Translations under genes and position numbers: made by a program
Notes under the pieces: generated by a model
Database searches by the model: none
What the model saw: only the letters and a program-made list of their open reading frames with translations
Told to the model about the DNA's origin: nothing
Shown here: positions 39,701-53,326 of the stretch, one piece after another
Layout: each line of letters opens with the position of its first letter
How positions within the stretch are numbered: the first letter of the stretch is position 1
Origin: Zancudomyces culisetae HAW-14-8
Lineage: Eukaryota > Fungi > Kickxellomycota
Reading direction: 5' to 3'
NCBI GenBank assembly: GCA_052426225.1
Contig: JBNJNM010000010.1
Location: forward strand, 992,001-1,056,000
DNA length: 64,000 nt

Positions 39701-39963
39701 TCTGTGCGTGAAGTTAAGCCATGAGGGTTGATCACGCTGCTCTTCTCATCAGATGTAGTTTTCAGTGATGCTCTTACTCGTGAACCTTGACCACTAGTCT
39801 CTACTATGTCTCTTTCTCTTCGAGAGTTCATACCATCCGTTGTTTTTGGTTTGTGAATATCTTTTGATGTTTTCTCTTTATCTTTAACAACTGAAGCAGT
39901 TTTTTTTAACCCCTTTTTCTCGCCACTGCGGGTTCTTGAAAATAAATTCCCAATACTCTTCAT
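36784..39963 (-). CDS. BUD6: Bud6/Aip3 actin-interacting polarity protein
   Basis: 1059-aa ORF; AIP3-like motifs VFLQMGDQIK, FEELSDYSALKEGSVIRLN, ELRKDVVARG, WKKTWECELKNIVSEQQF, HQQRVDALEQSERLR, FGKELASFV. Confidence 0.88.
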   Translation of the reverse strand: MKSIGNLFSRTRSGEKKGLKKTASVVKDKEKTSKDIHKPKTTDGMNSRRERDIVETSGQGSRVRASLKTTSDEKSSVINPHGLTSRTESDVQKYNVSDKAPRTPGEKGVYEDNMQYYRDKSHKLYGREAKSITNSNDLFHIPHSNQNKHIPLRRKISDGGQDMLEFHGMNETKYRENLNKELPAVKNIEMANTESEMNTISETQRERSATINNIRAENVSDGTSKERDPFQSKRVDDYKANRKNIIEENWEGYVPMRKSGEGTGTDVQKGVTKDAETRQDVDSQPQPRKSGEVAQLLDVGDQTDTKGRPFSHEIGVMTKGTIPPPIPKRPSKNIIPDYYFRRESIGCKKLETGEIKISTEVDLNEKEDLSNDRIRASTLKFRLSRNNTIGAGLENESELLSLENSKKMATDLKLSADRVNLKSEDRTLENSSTGRRTEDSLANQLFNTSTIFSERTEKISDGDLIKGGYEDYKQRGAVSGVLKSGTGEQAEKHAQNKAPRVVRQINLSSLTGAGSEIKTNKSKVFLQMGDQIKQTYASNVINKMGLYNLFLQNFPNELNVVNNSEIPKFSIWNGRSNIFEELSDYSALKEGSVIRLNHEWEPNGGINTPSLKSPVLYLSAHQGDVAPERRNRDFASARTAPDENIHAIRKDIQDLKLYVFNSLQVELASKLEHVLKVRTEELSRNVLEKYMHEETTSHLNRNSDSGSSNTQIGRSSIQGEASQSDNSATLKLVEDAILASKSKEKEIENLKKENQALMAKVNSLNTQVEVSSSNIKRLEEQLNKAHNQVESLTVLGSERQQSATSEIIHPGRVSLNDGKLRLKTTYNDLALKMTDSEILINELRKDVVARGSIPSQDLLDKSASELAFIKTSAQDLAAFISSTCDSWKKTWECELKNIVSEQQFVKHVNGELSVLLTDVSTLEDVLGKINQVIELKTSQNYTKRIPMTALHVVDAEDRDLLTAARSNVLTEIQLLNVNHQQRVDALEQSERLRKLTADPKESSEFGKELASFVDSSMLKQTELTSSGGYSEFETKLQEKNDKILKEMFQNNSKKPKKKR

Positions 39964-42900
39964 TTTGTCTATATTTTCCCTTGCACCATACGCTATAGTT
40001 TGCTACAAGAAGCGGTCGTTATAGTTTGATTTTCTCACTTTTGGCTAATTTTTTTGGCTAACTTTTGAGTTTATTATTCACAACTTCCCTTCAATATTGT
40101 TGTTTTGCTCAATACTGGTTAACTTCCTAATTAGAAATTATCATTTTATTATTGTAGGTTTATTAGTTTATTATTTCGCTGTTATTTTAAATGATATATA
40201 ACTTTTGATTTAATATTTTTATTTTGAAAATGCTTTGCTTTGGTAATTTTTTGTCATAATTCCCAAATTTTTAGAAATGCAACTTACTTTACTAACTTAA
40301 AGCCCAAATGTCCATTTAAATAAATAAATAAATAAAATTTTAAGTGTAACCAGAGATTTTTTTTTGCATTTGTGGACTTGCCCAAGATGTTAGTGAATAT
40401 CTAATAAATGCTGACAAACAAAAAGGATTTGGAACAAAAAATGAAGAAAAAAAATGATGAGCAAGTTAAAAATGTAATACCCTGGACTAATTTTAATAAT
40501 GGTAAGCCTTCCTAACTGCGAATAAGCTAACAATCGCGCTTTTAATCCATTAAACCTCGCTCAATCAAAGTCCAGTTAGGCAGCTGCAATTAATAAAATT
40601 CGTTTGCGCTTTTTATTTACATCCACATTTTTTTCAAGAGGAGATATTGCCCTACTACCCTGTGATTCCGCAATCATTACGTTATATTTACGTTAAAAGC
40701 GATACTTTCGTGTTTTAAAAATAGGTGAAGCCATAATTGGATAGTCCTGGAAACGGGTTTCAAGATAAAGCTGAAAGGCTTAATTTGCAAGGTTCTAAAG
40801 AATGACAAAAGGGCGTTACATGGGCTTAAAATTTCTCACCTTCTAGAACTTGCTTGCTGAAAAGCGCTTGAGCAATCTTCATGCGACAAGGTTAATAATT
40901 TTATTATTCAGCATTAATTTACGATATCAAAACTGCTTTTAAGTATTTGACTTTGTCTAATTAAAACTTTCTATAAATAAACCGATCAAACAGAAACTAA
41001 ATTAAGGTTGGTATTCTCGTCGTTTTTGGTCTTTTCTCGACGATTTAATTTGTTAAATTTGATGTGTAAATTATATGAACTTTAAATGCTTTTAATTTAA
41101 CCCAAAAAGTGGATTTGAAAATCAAGGACGAATATTCCTTTAGCATTTTTGTAATATACGCTAGTAGCTAGAAGAATAGATGTTAGCGTATGACTAATGG
41201 GTCGGTTAAGTACCAATCCAAACACCCTATTACATTAGCACACCTTTTCTCATACCAACTACGAGATAGTATTTAGTAGCTATCCACCATCATTTTCTTG
41301 TTTTTCAGGCTCTATGATACCCTCACCCCTAACCCCTCACAATCCATTGTAAGCACAATATAACGACATGTTTTGATTTTTGAACTGGAGCGATCTACTA
41401 AGAAAAAAGAAAATACGTTTTAAGATTTTACAATTCCAATCTAAGAGTATTATTTTAATCTATAGTGCATACTATCACTATCAAGAAATCAGAAAGGAAC
41501 AATAATTCATACAACACTAATTATGGTGAAACAGTTTACTGTCGCTATCAGTTACAATTACAATTTCAATTACAGCTGCTAACACTACGTAAAGGATGAA
41601 CAAAACGTTGCCTAAATTAATCGCTCCATGCTAACAGTTTCTGCTGCTTAGCCTCACCTATTGTTTGTTTATATTTTTTGCTGTGGTTATCAAGCGTTTC
41701 GATCCTAGATTTAGCAGATAGTATGTTTTACCCAGAATAAAACGTTTTGGTGTTATTGTAAACCACTTTATCATTCGATAACCCTTCTTAACCAATAGTT
41801 GGGCATACTACAGCATTATTAGTGAGAAAAATTAACCAGAATTACAATTACCCCAAATATGTAATTGTGCTAACACTACCTCTTTTCACAAATAATGCAG
41901 TTATTTTAGTTGGCATTATTTAGAATACAATTTACCGCGCCAATTGATAGTGAATAAAGTTAATTTGTGTTCTTAAATTGGATGATAACCTACCAAAATT
42001 ATAAAAGTTGTGTTTTTCCGCCTATTAGATTTGATATATGTGCGCATTTGTCTCTGATTTTTTCCCCTAGGGTATTTGATTATTGTTAATTTTTGCATAA
42101 TACAATAATAAAAGTTTCCATGTTGAATAATATCACTTCCAATTTTCTAGGAATAACAAATTAATTGTCTAATCAGTTACCATATTCAGGCGGGTTTACA
42201 AATCCACCCCCCAGTAAAAAGTCGTCCGTTTCGAATGTCTGAACACCATTTCACAAAATGGCAGAATATCAAAAGATGAAAAATCAGTATAGCGACTTCT
42301 TTATATTATTAACTTCTTGGAGTGCTTTATATAGAATCTTCAAAGGATTTTTATGTTAATTTGCATTTATATCTCCCCAAAAATCAATAGCTAGACAGAT
42401 GCTTTGATTCAATATATAGCAATAATGAGGTGTGGCCTTTAACATCGATACCTATCATATTCATAAAATCATTCAATATTAGATACCCATATCCTTGCAG
42501 CATTGACATATCGTTCACTTGTTTATGAAAGAGATAGTACAAATTCCAGTGCTTGAGTTCAAATAGTATGCTCAAACACTTTTGACTTGCATCGACATCA
42601 ACTCTACCAATATCGTTTTGAAACTGATTATACAGATCAGCACCTCAAAAAACAAGTGTTTGCAAATAGCACCAAATTGATGTTGGTGTCGTTTCTTTAC
42701 ACTCCGCAGCGGCTGATTGTACATTCTAGTAATGTTGTTGGTTTTAAAAAATTATTTCACAGTGGTGGGTTAATTATATATTTCAGGATAAAAAATTTTC
42801 AATTTACTCACAAACATAAAAATAAAGGAACGCCATAATAGTAAATATATACGGATGTGCAAGCATGCGTAGGTTATACATGGTTTTACAAAATATTGAT

Positions 42901-42989
42901 TAAACTTTATATTTAAATGAGAAATAACCGCACCTAATAGTTTATACTATCGATATTATCCAGAACTTGGCACAAAAGACGTATACTTC

Positions 42990-44257
42990 TCAACCATACA
43001 ACCCAAGCTGGTATAATATAATTATATCAAACGGCAATATTAATACACTTCCTAAAATCCATGGTAAATATATTATAATCATTTTTTTGTTTGTTGAAGC
43101 CGAAAGGAAGGACAGTATGTACAGCGTATTCCCGATCAAGCTGAAAAAAAACATTGTTTTAGATAAACCAGAACATGATTTATCCCTGTGTATCTGCATT
43201 ATTTGAGGGATGTGCGAACCAACTAAACAGTTTTTGCAAGAAAAAACAATACTATTAGAGCTAAAAATAATAATGAAAAAATAAACCTCAAGTTGGTGTA
43301 CGTATATGTGTGTATGTAAACCCCTCTAACAATACTTACCATGTAGAATAGCACTCATATAGCCAAAAAGCTGTGGCCAAAACAATATTTCTAATTCCTC
43401 ACTCTTTTTCTATTTTTTTTATAGTTCAAAACACACAAAGTTAACATGGTTTGGTTATAAAATTCGTGGCTTTTTTTAAATTTCAAACCTACCCCAAGCT
43501 TGGAAAACATGCACCCAACATATGTTGCACCTATAAATATAATAGTTATTAAAATGAAAATCGAAAGGGCCTTTTTAGATAGCCTTTTTTCTTTAATTTT
43601 TGTGGTTGATCGTTCATTTTCATCAAGCAAATTGAGCATGTCAGATGCGCTTCCATTGCATTCCAGAGTACCATAGCTTACAAATTTCCCCTTGACATTT
43701 CTAAGCTGGCCGTTTATATCTTTATGTTGTGTTTTGTCCAGGCGTGCACGATAATTGTAGTATTGGTATATTATTACAACATCGGAAAACGCACAATATA
43801 CTGAGAGTAAAATCTACATGTTAGAGGAAACCCATTTAATATTCTATTTTCAGATATAGGTTGACATTTCTAGTTGACTTACAGCTGTTGGTAGAATTCC
43901 TTGAGATATGGACCCTAGCACACTAAATATATCACCCACAAACCACATCCAGAGCATCGGCTCTGATAACGAATCAGTGGATTTTTTCTTGTGGTTCTTC
44001 AATATTTGTCTAAAAATAAATAGTGTTAGTTGTAAATATAGCTGTGAGTAGGCATGTGAAGGCATGAAAATGTGTGTAACCACAAGTTTGTGTCCAACAT
44101 AACAAAAAAAAATATTAGACTAGCTTTAAATGTTATTGATATCGTGGAATATTTGTTGATATTATGACTAAAACACTTACGGTATTGTTGTACTTGCTTC
44201 AAATATTATTGAAAGCAAGCCAAGATAAATCGAAAAGGTCGACTGAAAAATTATCAT
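42990..44257 (-). CDS. PQ-loop repeat vacuolar/lysosomal amino-acid transporter (YPQ/PQLC2-like), multi-exon
   Basis: Exon 44257-44181 plus 44009-43883 gives IP|QILKNHKKKSTDSLS..WFVGD; second loop HIPQIMQIHRDKSCSGLS..GN..YLPWILGS..FD. Boundaries of the middle exons (43500-43340) are less certain. Confidence 0.88.
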
Positions 44258-45512
44258 ATTTACCCAGACCTCCCCAAAGTGGAATACAAAATAAAACCTC
44301 TACCTCAGCTGTAAAGTAATTTGCTTCTACTAGTTTTTCATAAAAACGAGTATACTGTCACACCTAGGATGTAGTATTATAGAATAAAAGTCAATACACA
44401 TCTATAAATTGTGTATTATATATTATATATTATATATTATATATTTTATATTTTATATATATTACAAGTATATGCTTTAGCTATTCAAAAAGTTTGTATT
44501 TGGATAGACCTTGGCTATATCATCGTTTGTGTATTTTGTATGTATGGTCACATAAATTTCTACTTCACTCCCATTGTTAAGCATATATGCTTGGATTATC
44601 TTCTTTTCTATTTGCCTATTTTCTTTATAACCGCTAAACAGTTATTTCTCTTTGGTCTTTGATTTTCGAATTTAACGAGTTGCTCTGCGTTTTTAAACAT
44701 GCCACCAGTAGCACAGCAAAATTGGAAGTCGAGATTGTTTTTAATATAAATGTATTCGTGAGGATTTTTTTTTTGAAAATTCACCAGTCATTTGGCAGAG
44801 ACTAAGTCGAGGCCATGCAAAGATAGAACTACGAATGGGGTTGCGGTTTTGGCAGATGTGGATGCCACTAAAACAGGGTGATCTGGACGTGATGGGTTTC
44901 TCAAAACACGAGTTGGTATAAATCATATGTACAAATGACCGAACCTGAACATTCTTTTGAAGTCGGTATATCCTGAGCATGTGGATACTCATGCTATGAT
45001 GAACCTGGAATTCATTTTTTAAAAACATGTAGTTATAGTGATATCTACAACCGAAGGCTCCTTCACACAGCTAAATTTGGCAAATACAAGATTGTTACTA
45101 TGTAATAGATCTGAGTTTGAAGGTAGCCTTACAAAAATATCCATGATTATGACTTTATCCATCGCAATACAGTGAAAGCTTTACCTTGTACTATTCTGTT
45201 ATTGATTGTAAAGGCATATATAAGACTATGTGGTAAAATGTAAATTTTCACATGTGTTAGCACTATTCCTACTATATCTCGGTTTTATTGGCGCTACCAT
45301 ACATGATTCTATAAGCTGTGTTTATATTTTATTTATTACACAATTTTCAGATGCTGGTCAATCCAACTTGAGCAAAAATAATCATCAAACAAAAAAAAAA
45401 CCAACAAAAAAATAGTTAAGGTTTACAAAAGACTTTTAAAACGTTCATGTTCAATCGAATTTCTTGAAAACTGGGGAGTAAAGGGTAAGAAAAGATTTTA
45501 CACAGAAATAAA

Positions 45513-48303
45513 ATGAAGAAAAACAGGATTTCTCAACAGGCTAAACCAGCTAATCAGGGTGTGGGATTTGGGATTAGGAAGCAAATCCAGCCCAGTGCAG
45601 CTTTCCATGAGTACGAAAATATCACAGGTGATGCAAACCCAAAGATAAAAAAAATCGATGAAGTTGATCCCTTAGACGAATATATGAGTGTTATAGAGAC
45701 ACAACTTCAGAACGAGCAAAAGGAAGTACAGGGGAATCCAAATAATACAGAGAAGGCAAAACAAAAAGGGGTAGAGGAGGGGGAGGACGAAGAAGAGGAT
45801 ATGGTAGATACCTATATTCGAGCAATGGATGAAAAGGGATATAAATTTGGTACCTACAAGGAAGATGCCAGCGAAATAAAAACGTGGATCCAAGATAAAG
45901 AAGTTCTGGAAGTTCCTGAAGAGATTCAGCAGTTTTCGAATAAAAACATCGAGCCCATGAAAAAAGTAGATCACAGCAAGATCCAGTATAGAAATATTAA
46001 AAAATTTGAATATAGCGAACACAATGAAGTTAAAAGTTTTGAATTACGGAATATTCGTAAAGAACTAGGGATATCAGTGAGCGAAAATGACAAAACTAAG
46101 CCTTGTCTGAAGTTTGAGCATTTCGGCTTTCCCGAGAATCTAAACAAAATCATTGAGAAATATGACTTTAAAGATCCTACAGATATCCAAAAACAGGTAC
46201 GATACTATATTAGAGTCAAATAGCACTTTTATAAAGAAGCACTAGCAAAATGGTAACCATTTAAATCCAAATATTATAGGCAATACCAATAATATTTTCG
46301 GGAAAAGATGTTATTGGGATAGCAAAAACAGGATCCGGAAAAACAGCATCATTCGTTTGGCCTATGTTAATACATGTGAAAAACCAGATAGAGGTACAAA
46401 CTGGAGTGTATTCGGGCCCAATATCTGTAATACTGAGCCCTACACGAGAACTTTCAATTCAGATATACAATGAGACCAGAAGATATTCAAAGACCATGGG
46501 AATATCAGTTGCAGTGGTGTTTGGTGGTGTTTCGAAGCACGAACAGCTAAGATACATACAAACGAGTAAACCACAGGTTTTGATAGCTACACCAGGAAGG
46601 TTTATAGATGTTTTGGAGTCAGATAATTGCAGTATCACACTCGAAAATATCAGCTTCCTAGTTATTGATGAGGCGGACAGAATGTTAAATCTGGGGTTTG
46701 GTTAGTTGGAATAATAAGAGTTTATATAATTATCCTATCTTGGTATATCGTATAAGACTTGATGCGATACTGATGAGAGAAGTTCTTTAACTTTATAGAA
46801 AGACAAGTTGTATCTATTTGCGATAACATCAGACCTGATAGACAGAGTAAGTCTCTTTTTTTAATATATTTTTCAGATTTTTTTAGTATTATGTTTCTTG
46901 TAACTTAATTATGGTATACCTATTAACACTAGCTCTGTTGTTCAGTGCAACATTCCCGAAAAAAATTGATATCTTTGCCAAAAATGTCACTAGAACCCCC
47001 ACGAAAATAAATGTTGGACTTTTAGGAGAGGTAGCACTTTTATATTTTAATAATTAAAATTTTCGCTCGGGTGCGTTTGCATAGTTATGGAATACTTTAC
47101 AAAATGTTCATGTTGTTGTGATGATAATAGATGAATTCCGACATACTACAGTCATTCGTTATATTCGAATCCTCTGAGGATAAGTGGAGTTGGCTTTCCA
47201 AGAACATTGTTAAATTCATCATGGGTAATTAGAACCGCGCTCCTTTATGGTTTCGATAAAACTTGCTTTCCAAGTAATAATAGGATGTAGAAATATAACA
47301 GTACAACATATTTATTAAAAATAGAGAAAAGTCTGTTAATATTCACATGCAAGAAAGATAGCGCCGAGATGTTGGCACATCAGCTTAGCAAATCTGGATT
47401 TGAATGTAATCAAACAACTTTTGTTACAATTAAAGTGATGCCTCTAATGGCGTGCTTATCAGTATAGTTTACAAACGCATCACTTACATTCATATACAAC
47501 TATATATAAATGTGTATTGTTTAGGCAAATTTTTACATGGAGACATGTTACAAACTGAGCGCGACTCGACAGTTCATGCCTTCAAAACCCTCAAAGTTCC
47601 TATTCTTGTGGCAACAGATGTTGCTTCTAGAGGGCTAGATATTAAATCTGTTAAAACGGTAATAAACTATGAAGTAGCCAGGGATGTCGAATCGCATATT
47701 CATCGGGTTGGAAGGACTGGCAGAGCCGGCGAAAAAGGCGAGGCCTATACTTTATTTTCAGTATCCGAACCTGGAGACGTTAGATTTGCCTCGAAACTTA
47801 CTAAGCATCTCAACAGTGTTGGTCTTCGCCATCTTGTGACGTCTGACCTATTGCAGTTAGCTCAAAAGGTAGTTTTCCTATTCTTAGAACTTTTTTCCCA
47901 CCGCTTATGTTTGCTTATTCCGTTTTGTTGTCTGACTGTTAACGATCCCACTTGATAATAGGATCCCAGATTTGAAGATGAAAGATCATTCAGTAGATAT
48001 AGCATGGGGCATCCAAAAATATTAGCACCGCTGTTAGAAAAGTCAAGACTACCAACTGATAAATCAGGTCTTGGTGGAAAACAGATGGGCGCTTCGCCAA
48101 CAATCTTTGATAAAACCCGAGCCACACTCATCTCCAATCCTGTGTCAACATCAACATCAACACCAACGTTTTCATCCAGCTTTATTGGGTTTACTAAGGC
48201 ATCTTCACAAGCTGGTGGGGCGAGTGGTTTGTCTAGTATCGATCTACCTAACGAAAAGTTATCTTGTAATACCCCAGTAAAAAAAAAATCACGTTGGGGT
48301 TAG
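45513..48303 (+). CDS. DDX42: DEAD-box RNA helicase, DDX42/SF3b125-like (8 exons)
   Basis: Approximate exons 45513-46196, 46280-46700, 46799-46846, 46933-47030, 47131-47224, 47325-47405, 47525-47868, 47962-48303; DPLDEYM, AKTGSGKT, DEAD, IRPDRQ, NYEVARDVESHIHRVGRTGRAGEKG, terminal KKKSRWG. Confidence 0.88.
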
Positions 48304-49049
48304 TTCGCCTATGTATTGTGCCTTGGCAACAATAGATTATGTAATGTACTTTTCAATTTAACAATCATTTTTTAGCCAATGTACTAAAACAAAAGAACGA
48401 ACTCGAGTGTTTATGTGCGTATCTATTATGTGCTTTGTAATTTTGCTGATGCTATGGCACCTAGTAACACCCAATATTCACCGATCCACTCCGATATAGC
48501 GCTTTTGTTTTTTGGGTATCTTTCTATGGTTTTGGAATAATCATCTAGGTGTAGAAAATTTTTTCCCGTTTCTGCAGGCTGTGGAACAATATATTATCCA
48601 ATCGATGCTGCGTTGGTTTGGCGACCTCTTGGGATATTTCGATTTTCAGTTTTACCTCCTTTTTTTTTTGCACTGTTATTTTTTCATTTATTTCCGGAAT
48701 AATTAAACTTGAATAAAAAAGAAAAATGGAAAAACCAAATTGGATCAATTTGGAAAGAGGTGTTTATTAATATAGAGCAGGTTGATGTAACCATTTACTA
48801 AATATGCGCTGTCAATTTCATGTACAAGAACTAGAAACGACAATTCCTACTAATAGTAGAATAATGTTACGAAATCAGCAAGATGTAGCATTTATGAGTA
48901 TTTTTTCTATTGTTTGTCTTGGAATCAGTATGGTTGTTTATTGATTTAAATATACTTTTTTGCCTTCACAAAAAAATATTAATTAAGGATATTTAGTTAA
49001 AGGAACAGAAGAAATAACTTTATTATAGAAAATATAAACATTCAACAAA

Positions 49050-49808
49050 ATGGAGAACAAACAAAACGGAAACGATTCGTATACTAGCCTAGCTTCACAA
49101 GTACTAGAGAAAGAAACTCAGATTTCAATACTTTCAGGAGCCTCAGAGCACCAAAATGTCGAAAACGAGTCAAGAATAGTAGCTGCTCATAAATTTCCCG
49201 AAGAAAGCAGTCCCTTGAGATACCTTACATCAACACGAGGAAAAAATGTAATCACTCTGAGCTTTATCCTTATGGTGATTATGTTTTTGTTGCTTTTTTT
49301 CTTGCTACCTAGAAAGCCAGGCGTAAAAATTAATTACATGATTGATGGAAAAGTCTGGGATACCCAAGGAATGAGTATGCAGCCTCGTAGAGCACGACTT
49401 GTAAGAGGACCAGGAAAAACCAAAGTATACATCCAGGAAAAGGCGTTTGAGATTACCATAAGCAACTATAACTTTGTAGATTTACACATAAACAACATAA
49501 CTGCAATTGTTTCTGTACATGACAATGAAAACAATATAAAATTATACAAGTACTGCGATGCTGCTATTCCAAATGGGTTTACAATTAAAAAACGTAGTAC
49601 AACATTTAAGGGTTATCTAAACTGTGAACTTGTAACCACATTTACCGACGATGAGGCGGTATTTCCAGTTGATGCACTGTCCTTTTACTTGAGCGAATAT
49701 TTTAAAAAATCAAGCCCAAAGACTTTCCTTAGATTTACAGGAGTTATTAGATCTAAATTCATGCTAAGTAATATCGATTTTAATTTCGATTCTAGCTATT
49801 TTTATTAG
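49050..49808 (+). CDS. Single-pass membrane protein with LEA_2-like domain
   Basis: 252 aa; TM helix followed by LLPRKP and ITISNYNFVDLHINNI, typical of LEA_2/NDR1-like folds. Confidence 0.7.
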   Translation: MENKQNGNDSYTSLASQVLEKETQISILSGASEHQNVENESRIVAAHKFPEESSPLRYLTSTRGKNVITLSFILMVIMFLLLFFLLPRKPGVKINYMIDGKVWDTQGMSMQPRRARLVRGPGKTKVYIQEKAFEITISNYNFVDLHINNITAIVSVHDNENNIKLYKYCDAAIPNGFTIKKRSTTFKGYLNCELVTTFTDDEAVFPVDALSFYLSEYFKKSSPKTFLRFTGVIRSKFMLSNIDFNFDSSYFY

Positions 49809-50476
49809 CTTTACCAATTCGGAGCTTAAACACATATTTCATTAAAGTTAAAGTACACTGTTAACTTAATTTTTCAAAAAATATGTAATTTATATTCTGA
49901 GAAACTGGAACCTCTGATAGACTAATTTGCATCTACGAATAGGTTATATTTCCAGGATATAATTAGTAAAGAATTCATTATCTCTCATTGTAAATGCAGC
50001 AAACATTGAAGAAATTTTGGGGAGTGTTGTATAATTAAACGATTTAAAGCAGTTTAATTTAATATTATATCGAGGAGTGGTATCTGTTTTCTTGATAACA
50101 CTCCAAGGTATAATTACAATTCCGTTAGGTTAAATAATCTCGTAACAACATTTTCATAAGCAACATTGAAAGTTTTAATGAATTTATTTATTTCTCTGCG
50201 GTTATTTTCCCTAATTTTTGGGGGTGAAAAAACTTTTATCCGTTTCAGTTGAACAGAACTGCGATTTTAGTAAGATGGGGAAATTTTTTTATTTTTACAT
50301 TAAATATCTGCTTTGAATTAAATTATATTCCTCCAATTTAATATATAACAATAAATTATCAATATAGCTCAAAATATTAGATGTAATCAATGTTAATTCA
50401 AAAGAAAAAAGTATATATATACGCATTGTAAGTAATCAACACGAACAGTAAAGAAAATACAAGGATATTGTATAGA

Positions 50477-50794
50477 ATGCATTCAGAAACAAACGATAAA
50501 CGAGATAAGACCAGTTTACTTCATGAGCACATTGATCTGGGTCTAGCTACTGTAGAGCCAACACCATCAGTTATCAAATGTTATAAATTAAGAGACTCAA
50601 ACTTAAATGTAACAGAGTACAGACGAGACATAGACACTAGGAAACTTAAGCCTCAAGTGAGGAGAAAAAGATTGGTTTCCGAATTAACCTGTACTATACT
50701 GGTTGTTGTAGGCACTCTATTAATTTTAATACTATTTTCTCTTACAATTGTGTACACATTCCTGGTTATAGATGAGCTAATTAAATACGCTTGA
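50477..50794 (+). CDS. Small hypothetical tail-anchored membrane protein
   Basis: 105 aa from the first ATG; basic stretch then a C-terminal hydrophobic helix; no family recognised. Confidence 0.5.
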   Translation: MHSETNDKRDKTSLLHEHIDLGLATVEPTPSVIKCYKLRDSNLNVTEYRRDIDTRKLKPQVRRKRLVSELTCTILVVVGTLLILILFSLTIVYTFLVIDELIKYA

Positions 50795-51083
50795 TGTCAT
50801 TATGTTATTTTATTATAAAAAATAAACAAAAGGTCAAGCTACAAATTGTTAAATACCGAAACTGTTGTTAAAAGTAATTAAATTCTATTAATAGGATTTT
50901 GGTTTTAGCAGCAAAAGGTAATATATTATTTGTAATATTTAAATTGCTTTTCTGAAGTAAAAAAAGTAACAAGTTATACTTAATATTAATATCACTATTT
51001 CTAGAATTGCAAAAGTATAATATATAACCTACAGATTAAATAATAAACACTAAAACAAACGATAAACAATTAAGATAATCTAT

Positions 51084-51520
51084 TGTACCACGAAGTTGGG
51101 TGATAAATCATCCTTCGTCGGGTTCTCCATATGTAAAAACACATGTTCCATGATATCTGCAAAGGGGTCGCGTGATTCTTCAGGATCGACTTCCATAGAT
51201 GTTGCACCTGAACGATCACTATCAGATGAGTATCGGCCCTCATCTCTAGCGGCCTGGATCAATGCTGTTCTGAGTTTACTCATGAAGCCTGACATGTTGA
51301 ATGTGAAAATTTAAAAGTTTTTGTATTTATGCTAACACTCGTATTTATTAACCATCCGTAGAATTAATCCGAATAAACCTTTTAATATTTGAAACTTTAA
51401 CTTTTGTACACGATTGCTAACTTTTACTTTATTTATCTTTGCTTATGAAAACCATTAAAAGAGATACGGAATCCTTTAGTGAGTCTTCCTTTGTATTATA
51501 TATATAAAACTATTCTCAAT
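51084..51520 (-). mobile_element. Probable orphan LTR fragment carrying a gag-like N-terminal mini-ORF (51080-51295)
   Basis: GC-richer hairpin-rich island beginning TGT on +; Ser/acidic ORF ends at the island edge; upstream tatatataaaactattctc resembles tatataaactaactc in the 622-bp LTR. Other end and TSD not found. Confidence 0.45.
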
Positions 51521-53326
51521 TAACTACTGCTATTATATTTAATCTTTTTTATCCTTAGTCTAATTTTAATGTGTTCTCGTCTTGTAGCTTCGTTATTTTT
51601 CAACTACTTTTTCATTTTTTGTTATATTTAACAATTGATGTAAGAATTAATAATATATATTTATATTTGTTTTTATATGTTATTTTTTTCAGCGATTATT
51701 CGATTAATATTTCATTAATAATTGTTATAATAAATTTTGATAATGTTGAGTTTTGGTTGATTGAAAGTTTGAATTAAGTATTTATTACATTTTATTGTTT
51801 AGGCATGTCATCCAGAAACACAAGTAGTAGTTAGAAAAAACAAATAAAACATAAAAACAATATTTAATAATAGATAACATGAGATCTATCGTCATAAAAC
51901 AGCTATACATAAAATAAAAGCTGAAAATCATTTTACATACTTTGTCAATATAGATTGAAATATTAATGTTATCGATTTTCCTCTAATTGGAGCCAAGTTA
52001 AGTACTAATGAATATATTTCTAGTGTAGTATAGCGGTCACATAATTTTTACAAGTACTCAATTACAATTCATAAAAGACTATAAACGACTAATAGAGGAA
52101 AGTGAATCAAAACTTAGAAAGACATTTAAAGTAGTGTTTATATAATGCGATAGAAAATAAAACAGCGGAAACAATAGGCTGACTTTCAAGATATACTTAC
52201 CTTTGGTATTTTTTTACTCTGAGAAAAGCAGTGATACTTTGCAATTAGTATCTATATCAATGTATATGCTTTAGAAAAAAATAGTAGATTAACATAAAAT
52301 CGGCAAACATATTCACTTTAATATCGACAGCTATAGCAGACATAAAAATGATATCAAATCTCGGTTTTTCTTATCTGAAAAATTTTAGTAAACATTGTCA
52401 TATATAATATATATAAAATAATGCTACAGTTAATTACTAACATATCAAGTAAGATTCATTCGCAAAGTATAATTGACAATGCGAACAAGCGAGGTAAACG
52501 ATAAAACAGTTTAGGTTAGAAAATACAAAGTCATCGAAATGGAAATATAAACGTGATAGGTCGACGAAAAGACAAAAACTAGCACTTTATAACTAAACTT
52601 AATTCACAATACGTTTTTTAAAATAAATGTTGAACACATATAGTACATAATAATTCATAGGATTTACCTCGTGTTAAAAATTATTAATTAATAATAAAGT
52701 AGTTAACACATAAACGACCAAACGGAACATATTGCACACGGGACAAGTAAAAAAAACAATAAAGCTAAGGTTAATAAAGTCATCAAGTTAACTGAGAAAA
52801 TAGAAAAAAAATTATGTAATATTAATCATTATTACAACAACTTCTGGACCGATTCAGAAAATGTATAGTAGTAATAGTTATAAATGATTTGATATAGCTT
52901 TAGCTATTGTGATGGCTAAGTTTGGTATAGCACTGATTATGTCAGTTTTACACAGGTCTCGGATCACTTCACTAGTTTTGATTGCCGTATTAGAATGTTT
53001 TATATATTTTATTAATATATAAGAATAATAAAACGCTAATTATACTAATTGAATTAAGTGCTAACTGTAATTAATATATATGTATACGTATATGTAAAGT
53101 ATATTCTGTTAAGAAAAGCTAAATATGCTATTTTCGTTGTCCGCTATCCTTATATTCGGTTTGTTATTCACTTTACTATCTTAATTCATTTTTACTAATA
53201 TTCTGCTAGCTATCATTGGTAGTTTAATTCGATAAGAATCGCAAGTAATTCGCTAGCAAATGGAATAAGGCGATATTCTACAATTAGTAAGAAAGAGCGT
53301 AAAAATTACAAAATTAAAATAATCAA

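Noticed and set aside
42200-42760. Coding-like stretch with short ORFs
   Set aside because: No identifiable family; interrupted frames.
44413-44465. ORF 44411-44662 with Y/I repeats
   Set aside because: Derived from an AT-only (TATATAT)n simple repeat.
44680-45250. GC-richer island with a YPEH string like the LINE C-terminus
   Set aside because: A single short match; not enough to call a LINE remnant.
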